DNA of 64,000 nucleotides from Minutocellus sp. GHC0000111. Lineage: Eukaryota. Position numbers and translations under genes: made by a program. The DNA is taken from the NCBI GenBank assembly GCA_977018835.1, contig OZ361256.1:5146001-5210000 (forward strand), read 5' to 3'. Below the pieces are notes generated by a model that was not told the origin of the DNA, searched no databases, and saw only the letters and a program-made list of their open reading frames with translations. This document shows, piece after piece, positions 21,602 to 32,307 of this stretch. Within the stretch, counting starts at the first letter, position 1, and each line of letters opens with the position of its first letter.

Positions 21602-23152
21602 TTACTGCCACTCGTTGTTGCTCTGGTCATCCATCATCCCTCCCCCCTCTCCGCCCCCAGCAGCTGATCCACCACCAGCCAATCCCTCTTCCACCATCAT
21701 TTCTTCGTCTCTCATTACAGGCCTGCCCATCATTCGATCCAGTTGCATCCGTCGAATCTCGGAGTGCTCCTGCGGTGCCTCCTTGGCTATTTGTTGCCAT
21801 TCCGATGCCACCTTGTCCCTCTTGATCAAGAGCAATTCGGCAATGTTGAGCGGATTGACAACGAGAGGATTTCCTCCGTCCTTGGAGATGACGACGGGTG
21901 GACTTAGCATCAGCTCCTCCACAAACTCATCCGCCCGACGATATCGTTGCGGTCCAACGAAGTATGCCATCCTGTCGACGTAAAAATTGTGCAAAAACTT
22001 GGTAGATTCCACTTCGTGCTCGGGTGTTTCGTCTTCCACGCCCTCATTGATCAGCCGCCGGACTGCCTCTTGTGTCGCAAGCAGAACCAACAAGTCAAAG
22101 TTCCCCCTTCGAAGCGGTGATGGTTTGTCCGACCCATCCCAGTATGGGTCCCACTCCAGGAAACCGAGCCACTGTCCCGAGAAGCCACTCATGTTTTCTT
22201 TGAGTTCGCCTTCTTCGGACAGTGAAGGAGAAGGTGATGACATGGCGTTGCCTTCGATATCGGTTGCTTGTTGACCATCCATGCCAACGCCAGTCGCTGA
22301 TTCGGTTGCCTCGCGCTCGGCCATGAGCCGCTCTCTGGACTTTTCGATCTCACTCCAATATCTGGTAAATATCTGTTGGCCCATTTGCGATATTATGCCC
22401 AAATCATGTGCGAATTCTCGTGCAATCTGCTCCCGTACCGATATCATCCTCGAACACAGACTTGCCGGGTTGATATCGACGATGTACTCTGGCACTCTTG
22501 GGTCCCAAGTTTCGATAATCAGTTCCGCATCGGGTTGCTTCAGCAGATCCAGGAAGTAATCCTCCCACGATGGGAATAATGTGGTGTTCAATGCCGCCAG
22601 ACCATGGAAGCGCAGTAGCTCACTTGGCACCTTCTGATCCATCAGATCGGAATTGTCCACCGACCTACCATCGCCAAAGTCCACATGAAATTGGGGTGAT
22701 GCCGGCTTCCAGGCCCATTCGTCCAGCACCGGTTTGGTGAAATTGTTCAGCCAGCGAATGGTATGCGGATCTCGCGTGGTCTGGAGCAAAAACATGAAGG
22801 ATTGGATGCAGCACTGATTAAGGAACGTGCGGAAGGCGCTATTTTCGTATATAGTCCCACCGTCGCCTCCGAATTGTTCGTATTCGGACGGAGTGGCGGA
22901 TAAATGCAGCATGACACCGCTGTCGGTGTTGGGTGATGTGATGCGGTTGGTGATGTGGCCGAGGGCACTGGTTGTCAGCGTCCTCGTTGATGCCTCCGTT
23001 CTTGGCGAGCACCATGCCTCGCAAGTACTCAAGACATCGGCGAGGGCCAATATTATTGCCAAAAGGGCCGCTGCTGGCTGCTGCTGCAGCTGCCGTACCG
23101 TTTGAATTCTCATCATCTTGCCGTTTTGTTCATTTTGTTGTTGTTCGGCCAT
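21602..23152 (-). CDS. Plastid-targeted protein with two RbcX-like modules
   Basis: Signal peptide AAALLAIILALADVLSTCEA-W. Segments FLNQCCIQSF..DP..IRWLNNF..EDYFLDLL..RMISVREQIA and LLATQEAVRRL..FLHNF..DEFVEELM..RRMQLDRM follow the RbcX pattern. The CDS is solid; the family call is tentative. Confidence 0.7.
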   Translation of the reverse strand: MAEQQQNEQNGKMMRIQTVRQLQQQPAAALLAIILALADVLSTCEAWCSPRTEASTRTLTTSALGHITNRITSPNTDSGVMLHLSATPSEYEQFGGDGGTIYENSAFRTFLNQCCIQSFMFLLQTTRDPHTIRWLNNFTKPVLDEWAWKPASPQFHVDFGDGRSVDNSDLMDQKVPSELLRFHGLAALNTTLFPSWEDYFLDLLKQPDAELIIETWDPRVPEYIVDINPASLCSRMISVREQIAREFAHDLGIISQMGQQIFTRYWSEIEKSRERLMAEREATESATGVGMDGQQATDIEGNAMSSPSPSLSEEGELKENMSGFSGQWLGFLEWDPYWDGSDKPSPLRRGNFDLLVLLATQEAVRRLINEGVEDETPEHEVESTKFLHNFYVDRMAYFVGPQRYRRADEFVEELMLSPPVVISKDGGNPLVVNPLNIAELLLIKRDKVASEWQQIAKEAPQEHSEIRRMQLDRMMGRPVMRDEEMMVEEGLAGGGSAAGGGEGGGMMDDQSNNEWQ

Positions 23153-23293
23153 CCCTTGGTTCGGCGTATCTTCTTTTGGGGGATTCCCTTATTATCTCGA
23201 GTATCTTCGGTATGCTAAATTGCCCCTCTATTTCTGAAGACCTCCCGTGTCAGTCACTTGAAGCACAACATAACACGTGCGCACGAAGCAACC

Positions 23294-24391
23294 ATGAGGA
23301 ACCAGGCCGCTCTCCTCGCCGCCCTCGCCCTTGTCGGTGGCGCATCTGCCGGTGGCATCCCCTCCAACGGCGTCGCTGGTCGGCCCGCTTTCGGTGGTGC
23401 CAGCCGCGGCTCCCCCTTCGGCCTCACTCAGGCCCTCGGTCTACGTGGAGGCTCCCAGCAGCTCTTCGTCAAGACCCTCACCGGCAAGACCGTTTCGATC
23501 GAAGTGGAGGAGGGTGAATCGATCGAGGACGTCAAGGCCAAGATTGCCGAGAGTGAGTGCAACTTAGTCGGCGTGAATTATTTTTATTTTGGAGAGAAAT
23601 GGGGTCCAAGCAGGCATTGCTTTGTCAGTTTGCAAATCTCGCTCACCAATTCGAGTCTTCTTTTTTCTTCCACCCACCACCAGAGGAGGGCATCCCTCCG
23701 GAACAGCAGCGCATCATCTTTGGTGGACAGCAGCTTCAGGACGGAAAAACTATTGATGACTACAATATCGGCGACGATGCCACGCTCCATCTCGTCCTTC
23801 GACTGGTGAGCATTACCCTTTGTTCTAATTTGTGTTTGTTGTGATCGGTTTAGCGATGTCTGAATTCATATCAACTTTTCTATACTCGATCCATGAAATC
23901 ACCTTCCATTGCAAACCATTCGTCAGCGTGGTGGAGTCATGGGAAGTATTGTGAATAAGCTGACTGGCCGGGGTTCTTTTGAGGTTGACGAATCGTTTGT
24001 GATGAACAATCTGGAAGGACTTTCCAGTGAAGAGAAGGAGTTGATGTCACTTTTCGTTGAGCAGAGTATATCTGGCGCCGACGAAGATGGTGGTGACCAA
24101 GATGGCAGCACTTCGGCGGCAGGCGATGATATCGTCAAGGTTAAGGGATATTATCGCATCTGTGACTCGCCTCGCAAGACATGCGACGATTCGCCTCTCG
24201 AGTCGTTTGAATTTCCCGAGCGGAGTGACGTCCCCAAGAACTTGGAGCGGGCGGTATTCGGACATGAGGGCCAGATGATCCACACCGATGGCAACGGCCG
24301 ATCGACCAAGCTTACCAAGGTTTACAAGAGGGGTGATAACCGTGGAAAATTGCTCGGTGCTCTTCGAAGGATGAAAGTCAATGAAGAGTAA
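23294..24391 (+). CDS. Presequence-bearing ubiquitin-like protein (periplastid/SELMA-type); join(23294..23552,23684..23805,23927..24391)
   Basis: Signal peptide plus transit-like region ending LRGG. Ubiquitin domain [11 protein letters not shown]...[18 protein letters not shown]...LHLVLRLRGG is rebuilt across two GT-AG introns, followed by a C-terminal extension. Confidence 0.88.
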
Positions 24392-24649
24392 GAAGAAGAT
24401 TGGAATGGATCGGATGTAATGCGCGTGTGCCATCATCAGTCGGTCGGTCAACTTTGAAGTCCACGTCGAGGCGGTACCAGTAGATGCATCACTTGCTGAG
24501 ACTTGCTTGAAGTAAGCCGAAGGCATATTCTAGCATTTTGACATCTGCGTACCTGTTAGCATTCCTCGATAGAAAAGAGGAAGAGTGGAGTGTTTTGCTT
24601 CATCCATGGAACTTTGGGTGGTCGAACTTTGATTGGGTCGTATCGTCGG

Positions 24650-25145
24650 CAGGGTTGTCTACCCGAGGAGACACCCACACCCGAATGGGTGTCGGGTGCC
24701 GGATTTTGACGGGTGGGTGGGTAGATTTTCTACCCACCCGACCAACGGATGGCGATGGGTGACACCCACCCGACACCCATCCTTACAGATGTGTGGATGG
24801 GTGGCTAGATGGGTGTGAAATTTGCCCAATCCAGGGGCCAAATTTGCAAATTTTTGCACATTAGCCACCACAAATCATGCAAAGTTATGCCAAAATTCCC
24901 CTGAAGTGGCCGCCAAGCCCTCCATGGTGAAATTTTTGCAGAAGAATTTGGCTTTGCCAAGAAAAAAATGAATTTGAGCCTCTGATATGCCCAAAATCAG
25001 ATACCCACTACCCATACCCGAAACCCGACACTTCAAGTGTGCAAATGGGTGCCTACCCGTCTACCCACACCCATCCAGAATCCGTGTCGGGTGTCACCCA
25101 ACACCCACCCACCCATGACCAAAAGTGGTCGGGTAGACAACCCTG
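24650..25145. mobile_element. hAT-type non-autonomous element/MITE, 496 bp
   Basis: 17-bp TIR cagggttgtctacccga (24650-24666 / 25129-25145). Perfect 8-bp TSD atcgtcgg (24642-24649 / 25146-25153). Subterminal ACCC/GGGT repeats. Confidence 0.95.
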
Positions 25146-25255
25146 ATCGTCGGTCTCCGCGTGAACAGTCTGTCTGTCGTTCATCATCATTCTCCAGCCT
25201 ATCAAGTACTAGTACGCCTCCAGCTTCGCCTGCCCATTCTCCCAGCAGCACCACC

Positions 25256-26521
25256 ATGGACTTCGGCTCGATGCTCAGCAAATTGAAGCGGGACGCCCAG
25301 GTGGCGTCCTCCGCTCCGGTCCCGAAGAGGGTTCGTCGCGACGAGCCTGCCGCTTCGGGCGGAAGCGCGCAGGCACAGTCGCAAAAGCAGCAGCAGAGCC
25401 GCCGCCGGTATCCGTCGACAACTCCAGTCCAGACGGTGTACTGTGTCTGTCCTCCAAAGGTTCAGACCGGCGGTCCTGAGGCGATGCATCAGCTGTGCCA
25501 TGCTCTCAATACAAACCCTTCATTTGAGGGGAGGGCCAAAATGTTGTATCTTCGGGAGGATGGTCGAGTTGGCGTTCGCCACGCCAAGGGTGTCCAGCGC
25601 CTTCCCGTCTATGAACGTTACGATGCTCCTGCTGCCGAAGGATTGCCGGGGGAATTTCATGTTGGCGGTGATGGTGATAGTGACAAAGCAGACAGACCTT
25701 CAGCAGAGAAGAAGAGTGTTGATGAAATGGCCTATACCTCAGACCTTGTGATCTGGCCGGAATGCTGGACTAATATAATCGATTGCGAAGGCATATCCAA
25801 GTTCAGCAGCTTGTCGCAGAAGACAAATGGCAATCTCTCACACCAAACAGCTATTTGGTGGCTGTCGGTCGACAACAACAATGGAAAGTACAAGGATTGG
25901 GACAGAGATGATGTTTTGCATTTGTATCAGAGCGAATATGCAAAGAGGCATCTTCAGAAGAACGGTGCCAAGCATATTGTGGCGATGACAGAATACATCC
26001 CTAACAGGAATGCCGAGGCAGCCGGCACATTAAGAGACCTGCAGGTTCTCTATAATCCGCTCAAGGGCATCCACTACACTGATGAAATTAAGAGACGCTC
26101 AGCGAGAGGCAAGGATGCCATAAATTTCACACCGATCGGCGGCGGGACCGATGGGAGACAACGCATCAGTCCGGAAGAGGTGGTCCAGATGCTTCGTAGA
26201 GCTCGCATTTTTATTGATTTTGGTCCTCACCCGGGAATGGACAGGCTACCGAGAGAGGCGGCTTTGGCTGGATGTGTAGTCATCACCAACGCCGAGGGTG
26301 CGGCACAGTACGATGAGGATGTGCCCATTCCAGCAGACTATAAGATTCGCAAATTTGATGTTGATCGCATTCATAGGCTTCTTCGTTCCTGTTTGGACGA
26401 CGAGAGCAAGGTCAAAGATTTTGATCCTTACAAGGAATGGATTGGTGACCAAAGAAAGAGAATGGATGATTGCGTAAAAGCTTTTGTCGATGAAATCGTT
26501 TTGAAGCGGAGGAGGAAGTAA
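25256..26521 (+). CDS. Putative GT-B glycosyltransferase-like protein
   Basis: TGGPEAMHQL, IWWLSVDN and IFIDFGPHPGMDRLPREAALAGCVVIT resemble the donor-binding region of GT-B enzymes. Confidence 0.65.
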   Translation: MDFGSMLSKLKRDAQVASSAPVPKRVRRDEPAASGGSAQAQSQKQQQSRRRYPSTTPVQTVYCVCPPKVQTGGPEAMHQLCHALNTNPSFEGRAKMLYLREDGRVGVRHAKGVQRLPVYERYDAPAAEGLPGEFHVGGDGDSDKADRPSAEKKSVDEMAYTSDLVIWPECWTNIIDCEGISKFSSLSQKTNGNLSHQTAIWWLSVDNNNGKYKDWDRDDVLHLYQSEYAKRHLQKNGAKHIVAMTEYIPNRNAEAAGTLRDLQVLYNPLKGIHYTDEIKRRSARGKDAINFTPIGGGTDGRQRISPEEVVQMLRRARIFIDFGPHPGMDRLPREAALAGCVVITNAEGAAQYDEDVPIPADYKIRKFDVDRIHRLLRSCLDDESKVKDFDPYKEWIGDQRKRMDDCVKAFVDEIVLKRRRK

Positions 26522-26945
26522 GATCCATTCTCTGTTTTTATTTTTCATTCTTCCGTATCCTCTCTCGGGCAGTGATTGATAATTCCAAACATACATGTAC
26601 CGGTAATTCTAACATGTAGATCTACCGCCGGTAGTCAGTCGCTAAATGTTTCGTCCCCAAGTACATTGTAGATCTCTAGAGTCTAGCCAGCTAGCATTTA
26701 TTTGATCGATGATGAGAGAGAGGTGCAGATGCACAGAGGCGTTCAGTTTCGTCTTTCGTTCCATGGGCTAATAATGAAGACATGTTTCGTTCGGGGCGAA
26801 GGCGCGCGACGGACGGCGGACGGACATACATTCGTATCTTTTCACAAATTCCGAATCCATCCATTATTCGACCGAACAACGAGCAAAAGCAATACCGGTA
26901 CTGCGAGATCGGAAGCGATCGTTGGAGATTGGAATGCTAAACGGC

Positions 26946-28475
26946 ATGAAAAGTCTTTCTCTCTTGTCCTTGGCCCTTGCATTGAATGTCACCACGTCGG
27001 TAACGGCGTGGTCGACTTCGACCTGGACCGCACAAAGCAGAAGAGAACCCGCCTTCGTATTCGCACGGAACAACATTTATGCAAATGCGCAAGGGGGAAA
27101 GCGACGTCAAGGTGGGATGGGCACGACGGCCCTGATGGATACGGAATCTGAGGAAAGGCCACCGTTGTATGTGGAAAACAGCGCCGCTGATGTTACGAAT
27201 CGGAAACTTTCCCTCGATGAGACGAATGCTGGCTTCGCATGCCCCCTGGGTGCCGATGAAACGAGGGTTGCTTCTGACGTGCCAACTCTCGCCTTGGATC
27301 CTAAAAAGCTTGAGCTCGTGCCAAGATGTGATTCTCTTTCCCTGGACGAAGACGACGAGGGAAAAATCGAGGAGTGTGCCATTACCGATACTGACTTTGC
27401 CAGGTACCCAACAGTCAAGATGATCCGAGGTGCAGGGCCATACATCGCAACTCATCGGGGTGAGCTCGCCGTATTGCATATCCCCGGAGATTTGTTGGGG
27501 TGGAGTGGCTTTGTAAATTTGATGGATGACATCGCTCTCTGCTGGTTACTTGGGATGAAAATTGTAATCGTTGTCGGATGTCGGCAACAGGTCGACGATC
27601 GGAATCGCGAGGGCACTAAGAGATCGAACGCACACATCCGTGTTACCGATAGTGATACGTTGCGCATTCTTGAAGAGGAAGCGGGGTTCGTCCGATTTGA
27701 GATAGAACGACAACTCAATCGATGCCTCCGTTTGCATGGCGGCGGCGACGTGTCTAAAACGCCCAATGCCCCGAATGGCAACGTGATGAGCGGCAACTTC
27801 TTCAGCTCCAAGCCCTTTGGTGTAATCGATGGTGTCGATTATCAGCATACGGGAAGGCCAAAGCACCTCAATGTCAAGCGCGTTGTTGATATTGTGAAGA
27901 ATGGTGATATTGTTTTATTGACACCCGTTGGCATTGGGCCGACGGGAGAAGGGATGAATGTCAACAGTGAGAGCCTAGCTTCCTTTGTGGCAGCGTCACT
28001 TTGTGCAAATAAGGTCATCTATTGCTCGAACGAAAGCATGTTGCTCAAGGATAAAAACAGCGGGAAGGCTGTTCAGAACTTTCGAGTGAAAGATTCTCTC
28101 GCACTACTAGAACACTTTGAGGTTAATGTACATGAGAACCACTTTTTAACAGTTGGCAAAGAGACTGAAAAGAGAAGTCCTAGGGAAGTGGCAATGTTGA
28201 TGAAATTGGGCTGGGCGACTCGTACCCTGCAAGACGGTGTTGAACGGGCTCACATCATTGCACCGACCAACGGGGCCCTCATAGAAGAGCTCTTTACGGC
28301 AAAGGATGGCACTGGAACGTGCATAAGTCACGACACTTATGAAAGCGTCCACCCTGAAGATGACAGCGGCGACAACGAAATGTCAAACAGGCATTTCCAG
28401 GAAGAATTTGTTTCCGCTCTCGCTGAGGAGCGTGAACCAAACTGGCCCAAAGCCATAGGTGTGGACTTCCAGTAG
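26946..28475 (+). CDS. ArgA/N-acetylglutamate synthase-like protein, AAK domain only, plastid-targeted
   Basis: PYIATHRG, DIAL..LLGMKIVIVVG, FGVIDGVDYQHTG, GVERAH and ELFTAKDGTGT. No GNAT domain before the stop. Signal peptide ending VTA-W. Confidence 0.85.
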   Translation: MKSLSLLSLALALNVTTSVTAWSTSTWTAQSRREPAFVFARNNIYANAQGGKRRQGGMGTTALMDTESEERPPLYVENSAADVTNRKLSLDETNAGFACPLGADETRVASDVPTLALDPKKLELVPRCDSLSLDEDDEGKIEECAITDTDFARYPTVKMIRGAGPYIATHRGELAVLHIPGDLLGWSGFVNLMDDIALCWLLGMKIVIVVGCRQQVDDRNREGTKRSNAHIRVTDSDTLRILEEEAGFVRFEIERQLNRCLRLHGGGDVSKTPNAPNGNVMSGNFFSSKPFGVIDGVDYQHTGRPKHLNVKRVVDIVKNGDIVLLTPVGIGPTGEGMNVNSESLASFVAASLCANKVIYCSNESMLLKDKNSGKAVQNFRVKDSLALLEHFEVNVHENHFLTVGKETEKRSPREVAMLMKLGWATRTLQDGVERAHIIAPTNGALIEELFTAKDGTGTCISHDTYESVHPEDDSGDNEMSNRHFQEEFVSALAEEREPNWPKAIGVDFQ

Positions 28476-28537
28476 AAGTTTGTCACATATTATTTAAGTT
28501 TGTATATTTTTGTCGTTGAATTATTCGAATACCGGTA

Positions 28538-28913
28538 GAGTAGAAACCTATTTAAGAGCTGGCAGATTGAAATCGGAATTTATTTTTTGGTCCGTTCCTA
28601 GTGGGATCACTTTCTATGCGTTTTTGGACAGCTGTTAACATTCTGATTTCAGGAAAAATTGTCCGGTGAAATTATTCCATGCCTATCTTGAGATATTGGG
28701 AATTTTGTTCGGAGGCCGAATCTGCCGGCAAATTTTGATCAGTACCAATTAAGAGGCACTAGTAAAACTACTAACAAAGGCTACTAAGGTAGCAATGCAC
28801 CTACTAACAGCAACCAATGTCCCTATTACTTGTTACTAGTAGTTACTAGGGGAGGAGGCCCTGTCGATGAGCTGTCTCTTATTTAGGTCTGCCTCTTAAT
28901 TCGGCAACTACTC
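28538..28913. mobile_element. Putative MITE with imperfect TIRs (GAGTAG...CTACTC), TA-flanked
   Basis: Left end ta|gagtagaaacctatttaagagctggcaga vs reverse complement of right end ta|gagtagttgccgaattaagaggcaga. AT-rich, non-coding interior. Confidence 0.55.
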
Positions 28914-28915
28914 TA

Positions 28916-29181
28916 GGACCCTCCGGCACGAAAAACCCGTTTTTTTTGGGGGTCGTCTCGGCAAAGCGTTTCCGTTGGTAGGACTAACTTCCACGCGTTG
29001 AGGCAAAAAAAGATGTGCCGATAACTCAAGAAATATCAGGAATTGAGATTTCGCGATGCCATTCTAAGGTTTCTTGCATCATGTGCTATGCTGTGTTCAA
29101 ATTTCAGCTTCAGAGAGGTCCATTTCTTTTAAAAAGTCGTTTTGCCGGGATTTTCCCCGAGTTGTTCGTGCGTCCGGGTCC
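28916..29181. mobile_element. Putative MITE with imperfect TIRs (GGACCC...GGGTCC), TA-flanked, abutting the previous element
   Basis: Left end ta|ggaccctccggcacgaa vs reverse complement of right end ta|ggacccggacgcacgaa. Shares the TA at 28914-28915 with the previous element. Confidence 0.6.
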
Positions 29182-29942
29182 TAGTAGGGCGTTTCCATGA
29201 GACCGCCGACAAAATCGGCGTAAATAGTAGCCACTAGAAAATATTCTTACGTGCACTTTTTCACGGCGATAAAAATGAAGCCACTAATTTGACCCAAGAA
29301 TCTCGGACCCAAACACAGTGACTTGTGAGTTAGTAAAGCACCCCAAGATCATTGTGTGCCAAAGTAATTTCATTGTTGATTATGGTCTACAACATCCTTC
29401 TAAGCAGTAATCAGCAATAAAATTACTTTGGTACAATGTTTACGAAACATCGCGGAGGGGGTGTCGCCTCTCTCGTGGAATCACTCTCTAATCAAATCCA
29501 CTTCCTTCCTTTCTCTCCTCTTTTGAAAAAAGACCTTACACATTAATATTAGATCTACATGTATAACAATTTTCTACGTAATTTTCTACGTAGATGTTTA
29601 TAGGATCGACATAATCAGAAGATGAGAAGCGAAGAAAGTAGGACAATCAAAGCCAGCCGCAAATAATTACTCATAGATCTACATGTAGGAATTCTAGCTA
29701 CGTAGTAGCTAGCTAGCTAGAGCTCAGCGCCGTTCTAATAATGTAGACTCTCGGCGGATGACTCATTCGACTCTGTAGATTCGACGTCCTGGCCGTCGCC
29801 GTGCCTCCCGATCCCAGCCGTGACGTGACGATGGCGTTTTCAAGACCCACGCTCGGCAGTCTTCCCAAGCACATTTTGCAATTTGGTACTTCTCCACCAG
29901 CCACCACGCCGCCCCGTTCTCTCTTTAGATTCTCACCAAAAC

Positions 29943-30612
29943 ATGTCCTCCAAGAATAGAATGACCCGTTCGTTTCGTTCGGCCTCGGCCGCCGTATATT
30001 TGGTGAGTGGCTGAATACAGGATGATAAAAGGAGATGCAATTGCAACCGCTCCCAAAAATAATTCTTCTCTAAAAGACTCGACTCGAATGAATCGTCCCA
30101 GTACTGCGAGTTGGCCTCCTGTCGATGGCCGGTGCATTTATGCCCCTCCATCTATTCTTACTTACTGACATTTCTATTTTCCCCTGCCCGTCATCTTTCT
30201 CCCGTAGATCGACATCATCGCGGCACTCATTTTTGCCTCCAAGAAGATTTATCTCAACATTCTTATCGGAATTCTCGTTTCCCTGGCATGTCTGACGATG
30301 CTTTTCGTAACGATGGAGACTCCTCCTTTCGCATTAAAGGTTCTAGACACGAAGCGGTTTTCATTTCTCTTCACTTTCCGGGGGCGGTATATCATTGATT
30401 TGCTCGTGTCGTTGTTTCTCTTTGGTATGGGCGTCTTTGGAATTGTAATGGGGGCCCTTACGTTGGCGCTGATCTTTGGAATCCGTTTCATTGGCGTGAA
30501 GAATCCCGAATCATTCAGTGAACTTTTCCGACAGCCAATCAATTTGGACGACTATGATGAAACGTTTGTAACCTACGATGGAGCCACATTGGAGTCGGCA
30601 GAGCAGACTTAG
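29943..30612 (+). CDS. Small multi-TM protein, COPI-associated/TVP15-like; join(29943..30002,30208..30612)
   Basis: GT-AG intron 30003-30207 keeps the frame. Four hydrophobic segments and an FSFLFTFRGR motif. Confidence 0.6.
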
Positions 30613-30819
30613 GCGGACAGACTGTGTGTACATACAATTGGAAATGAATAAATATTCGGATGATCGCTGCTGCAAGACGTGAGGTCCCTGGAGACTTGGA
30701 TGATATATGTTTTATACTTGGCAGCATAGAGCTCAAGCGCCTGAAAAGATTGGGCCTTGGAGCTCTTTGCTCAAATGTAGTAAATGTTTATCGTGTCATT
30801 TATTAGCTCGATTTGCAGC

Positions 30820-32307
30820 TTATGCTGCATCTTCTATTGACTCCTCTGTCGAACTCAAAACAAACTCTGCCGCGTTATTGCCCGCTACCCAGCCGGTCGA
30901 CCAGCAATTCTGGAAGTTGTAGCCGCCAGTGATGCCATCAACATTCAGTAGCTCTCCACAACAAAAGAGTCCGGGGCACTTTTTAGACTCCATCTTTTTC
31001 ATGTTGACTTCGGAGAGTAAAACTCCTCCAGCAGTCACAAATTCTTCTTTGAACACACCTTTGCCCGTAACATCGACTTCGAATTCAGATATGCATCGAG
31101 CTAATTTGCGCACTTGCTTTTTGGGTGCATCGGCCCATCGCAAATCTTGATCAATTCCACTTTCGGACACAAGCGCAGACCAAAGCCGTCTCGGTATTAT
31201 CGACGATCCATCTGGTCCGAGCAAAGGACAAGTTGATGACACCATTTTCTTCGGCGATGCACTCGTCATGGACCAAAGAGAAGATTCGATTTCTTCTGTC
31301 GATCCAAAAGTGGGTGCCCAATGTACAAGGACATGGCAATGGTAGTTTACATCGTGCAATTCTCTAGCTGCAAACGCCGACAAACGCAAGGTTGCGGGGC
31401 CTGATATCCCGTGATGTGTTATCAATAACGGTCCCTCCTGAACTATTGCTTTCTTTTTCTTCTTTCCGGGAACCGATACCTTGAGTGTAATTCTTGCGTT
31501 CTGCACTGACAGTCCCGCGAGATTGTGAAATACCCCGCCCTCTTGTATCTGCTGTTTGGTGTTGAAAACAAATAGCGATGGCACCGGTTTGACAATGGTG
31601 TGTCCAAGGCTCTCGGCGAGCTTCATTCCAATCTTTGCAGAACCAGTAGCGAGAATGAGAGCATCGAACAGTTGTGGGCCTTCTTGATCCTTGACGACGA
31701 CGGAATAGGACCCATCTTCCAATCGATCGATAGAAGCAACACGCTGCTGTGTAACAACCTGAACACCGGATTGATATGTCGCCCTTTCAATTGCATCAAT
31801 GATTGTTTGCGAGTCGTCCGTTGTTGGGAACATCCGACCATCAGCCTCCGTCTTGAGTTGAACGCCACGAGATGTGAACCACTCCTCTGCATCTTGAGGG
31901 CTGAATTGCTTGGTCATGATGCCTCTCAATTCCTTGTTGCCACGGGGATATCCAGAGAGCATGTCGATGAGAGATTTGGACGTGTCCTGCAACACATTGC
32001 ATCGCCCGCCCCCACTGATCGCTACTTTTGTCAGCGTCTTTCTTCCGCTTTCCAGCACAACTACTTTTGCATTGTTTTTTGCCCCGCTTCGTTGGAGGCT
32101 TTCCGATGCTGCCGCAGCAGCAAACATGCCGCTTGCACCACCACCGATGACGCCAATGGTCTTGGTTCGACCGCTGGAAGCAGCTGATGTTGACATTCGA
32201 ATTGATGGCATTAAAGCTGATGAGAATGACGGCAATTGCCAAAACATGGCCGATGCCATTGCCGTTGGCAGGAACGACCGACGCCATGTTGTTACTCGTC
32301 GCACCAT
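30820..32307 (-). CDS. HI0933/YhiN (BaiN-like) flavoprotein oxidoreductase
   Basis: GGGASGM, KVAISGGGRCN, GRMFP, LATGS, LITHHGISGPA, VTAGGV and GELLNVDGITGGYNFQ. Confidence 0.92.
   Translation of the reverse strand: MVRRVTTWRRSFLPTAMASAMFWQLPSFSSALMPSIRMSTSAASSGRTKTIGVIGGGASGMFAAAAASESLQRSGAKNNAKVVVLESGRKTLTKVAISGGGRCNVLQDTSKSLIDMLSGYPRGNKELRGIMTKQFSPQDAEEWFTSRGVQLKTEADGRMFPTTDDSQTIIDAIERATYQSGVQVVTQQRVASIDRLEDGSYSVVVKDQEGPQLFDALILATGSAKIGMKLAESLGHTIVKPVPSLFVFNTKQQIQEGGVFHNLAGLSVQNARITLKVSVPGKKKKKAIVQEGPLLITHHGISGPATLRLSAFAARELHDVNYHCHVLVHWAPTFGSTEEIESSLWSMTSASPKKMVSSTCPLLGPDGSSIIPRRLWSALVSESGIDQDLRWADAPKKQVRKLARCISEFEVDVTGKGVFKEEFVTAGGVLLSEVNMKKMESKKCPGLFCCGELLNVDGITGGYNFQNCWSTGWVAGNNAAEFVLSSTEESIEDAA

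Noticed and set aside
25037..25255. N-terminal extension of the 494-aa ORF
   Set aside because: It begins at GTG inside the hAT MITE; the ATG at 25256 has a good start context.
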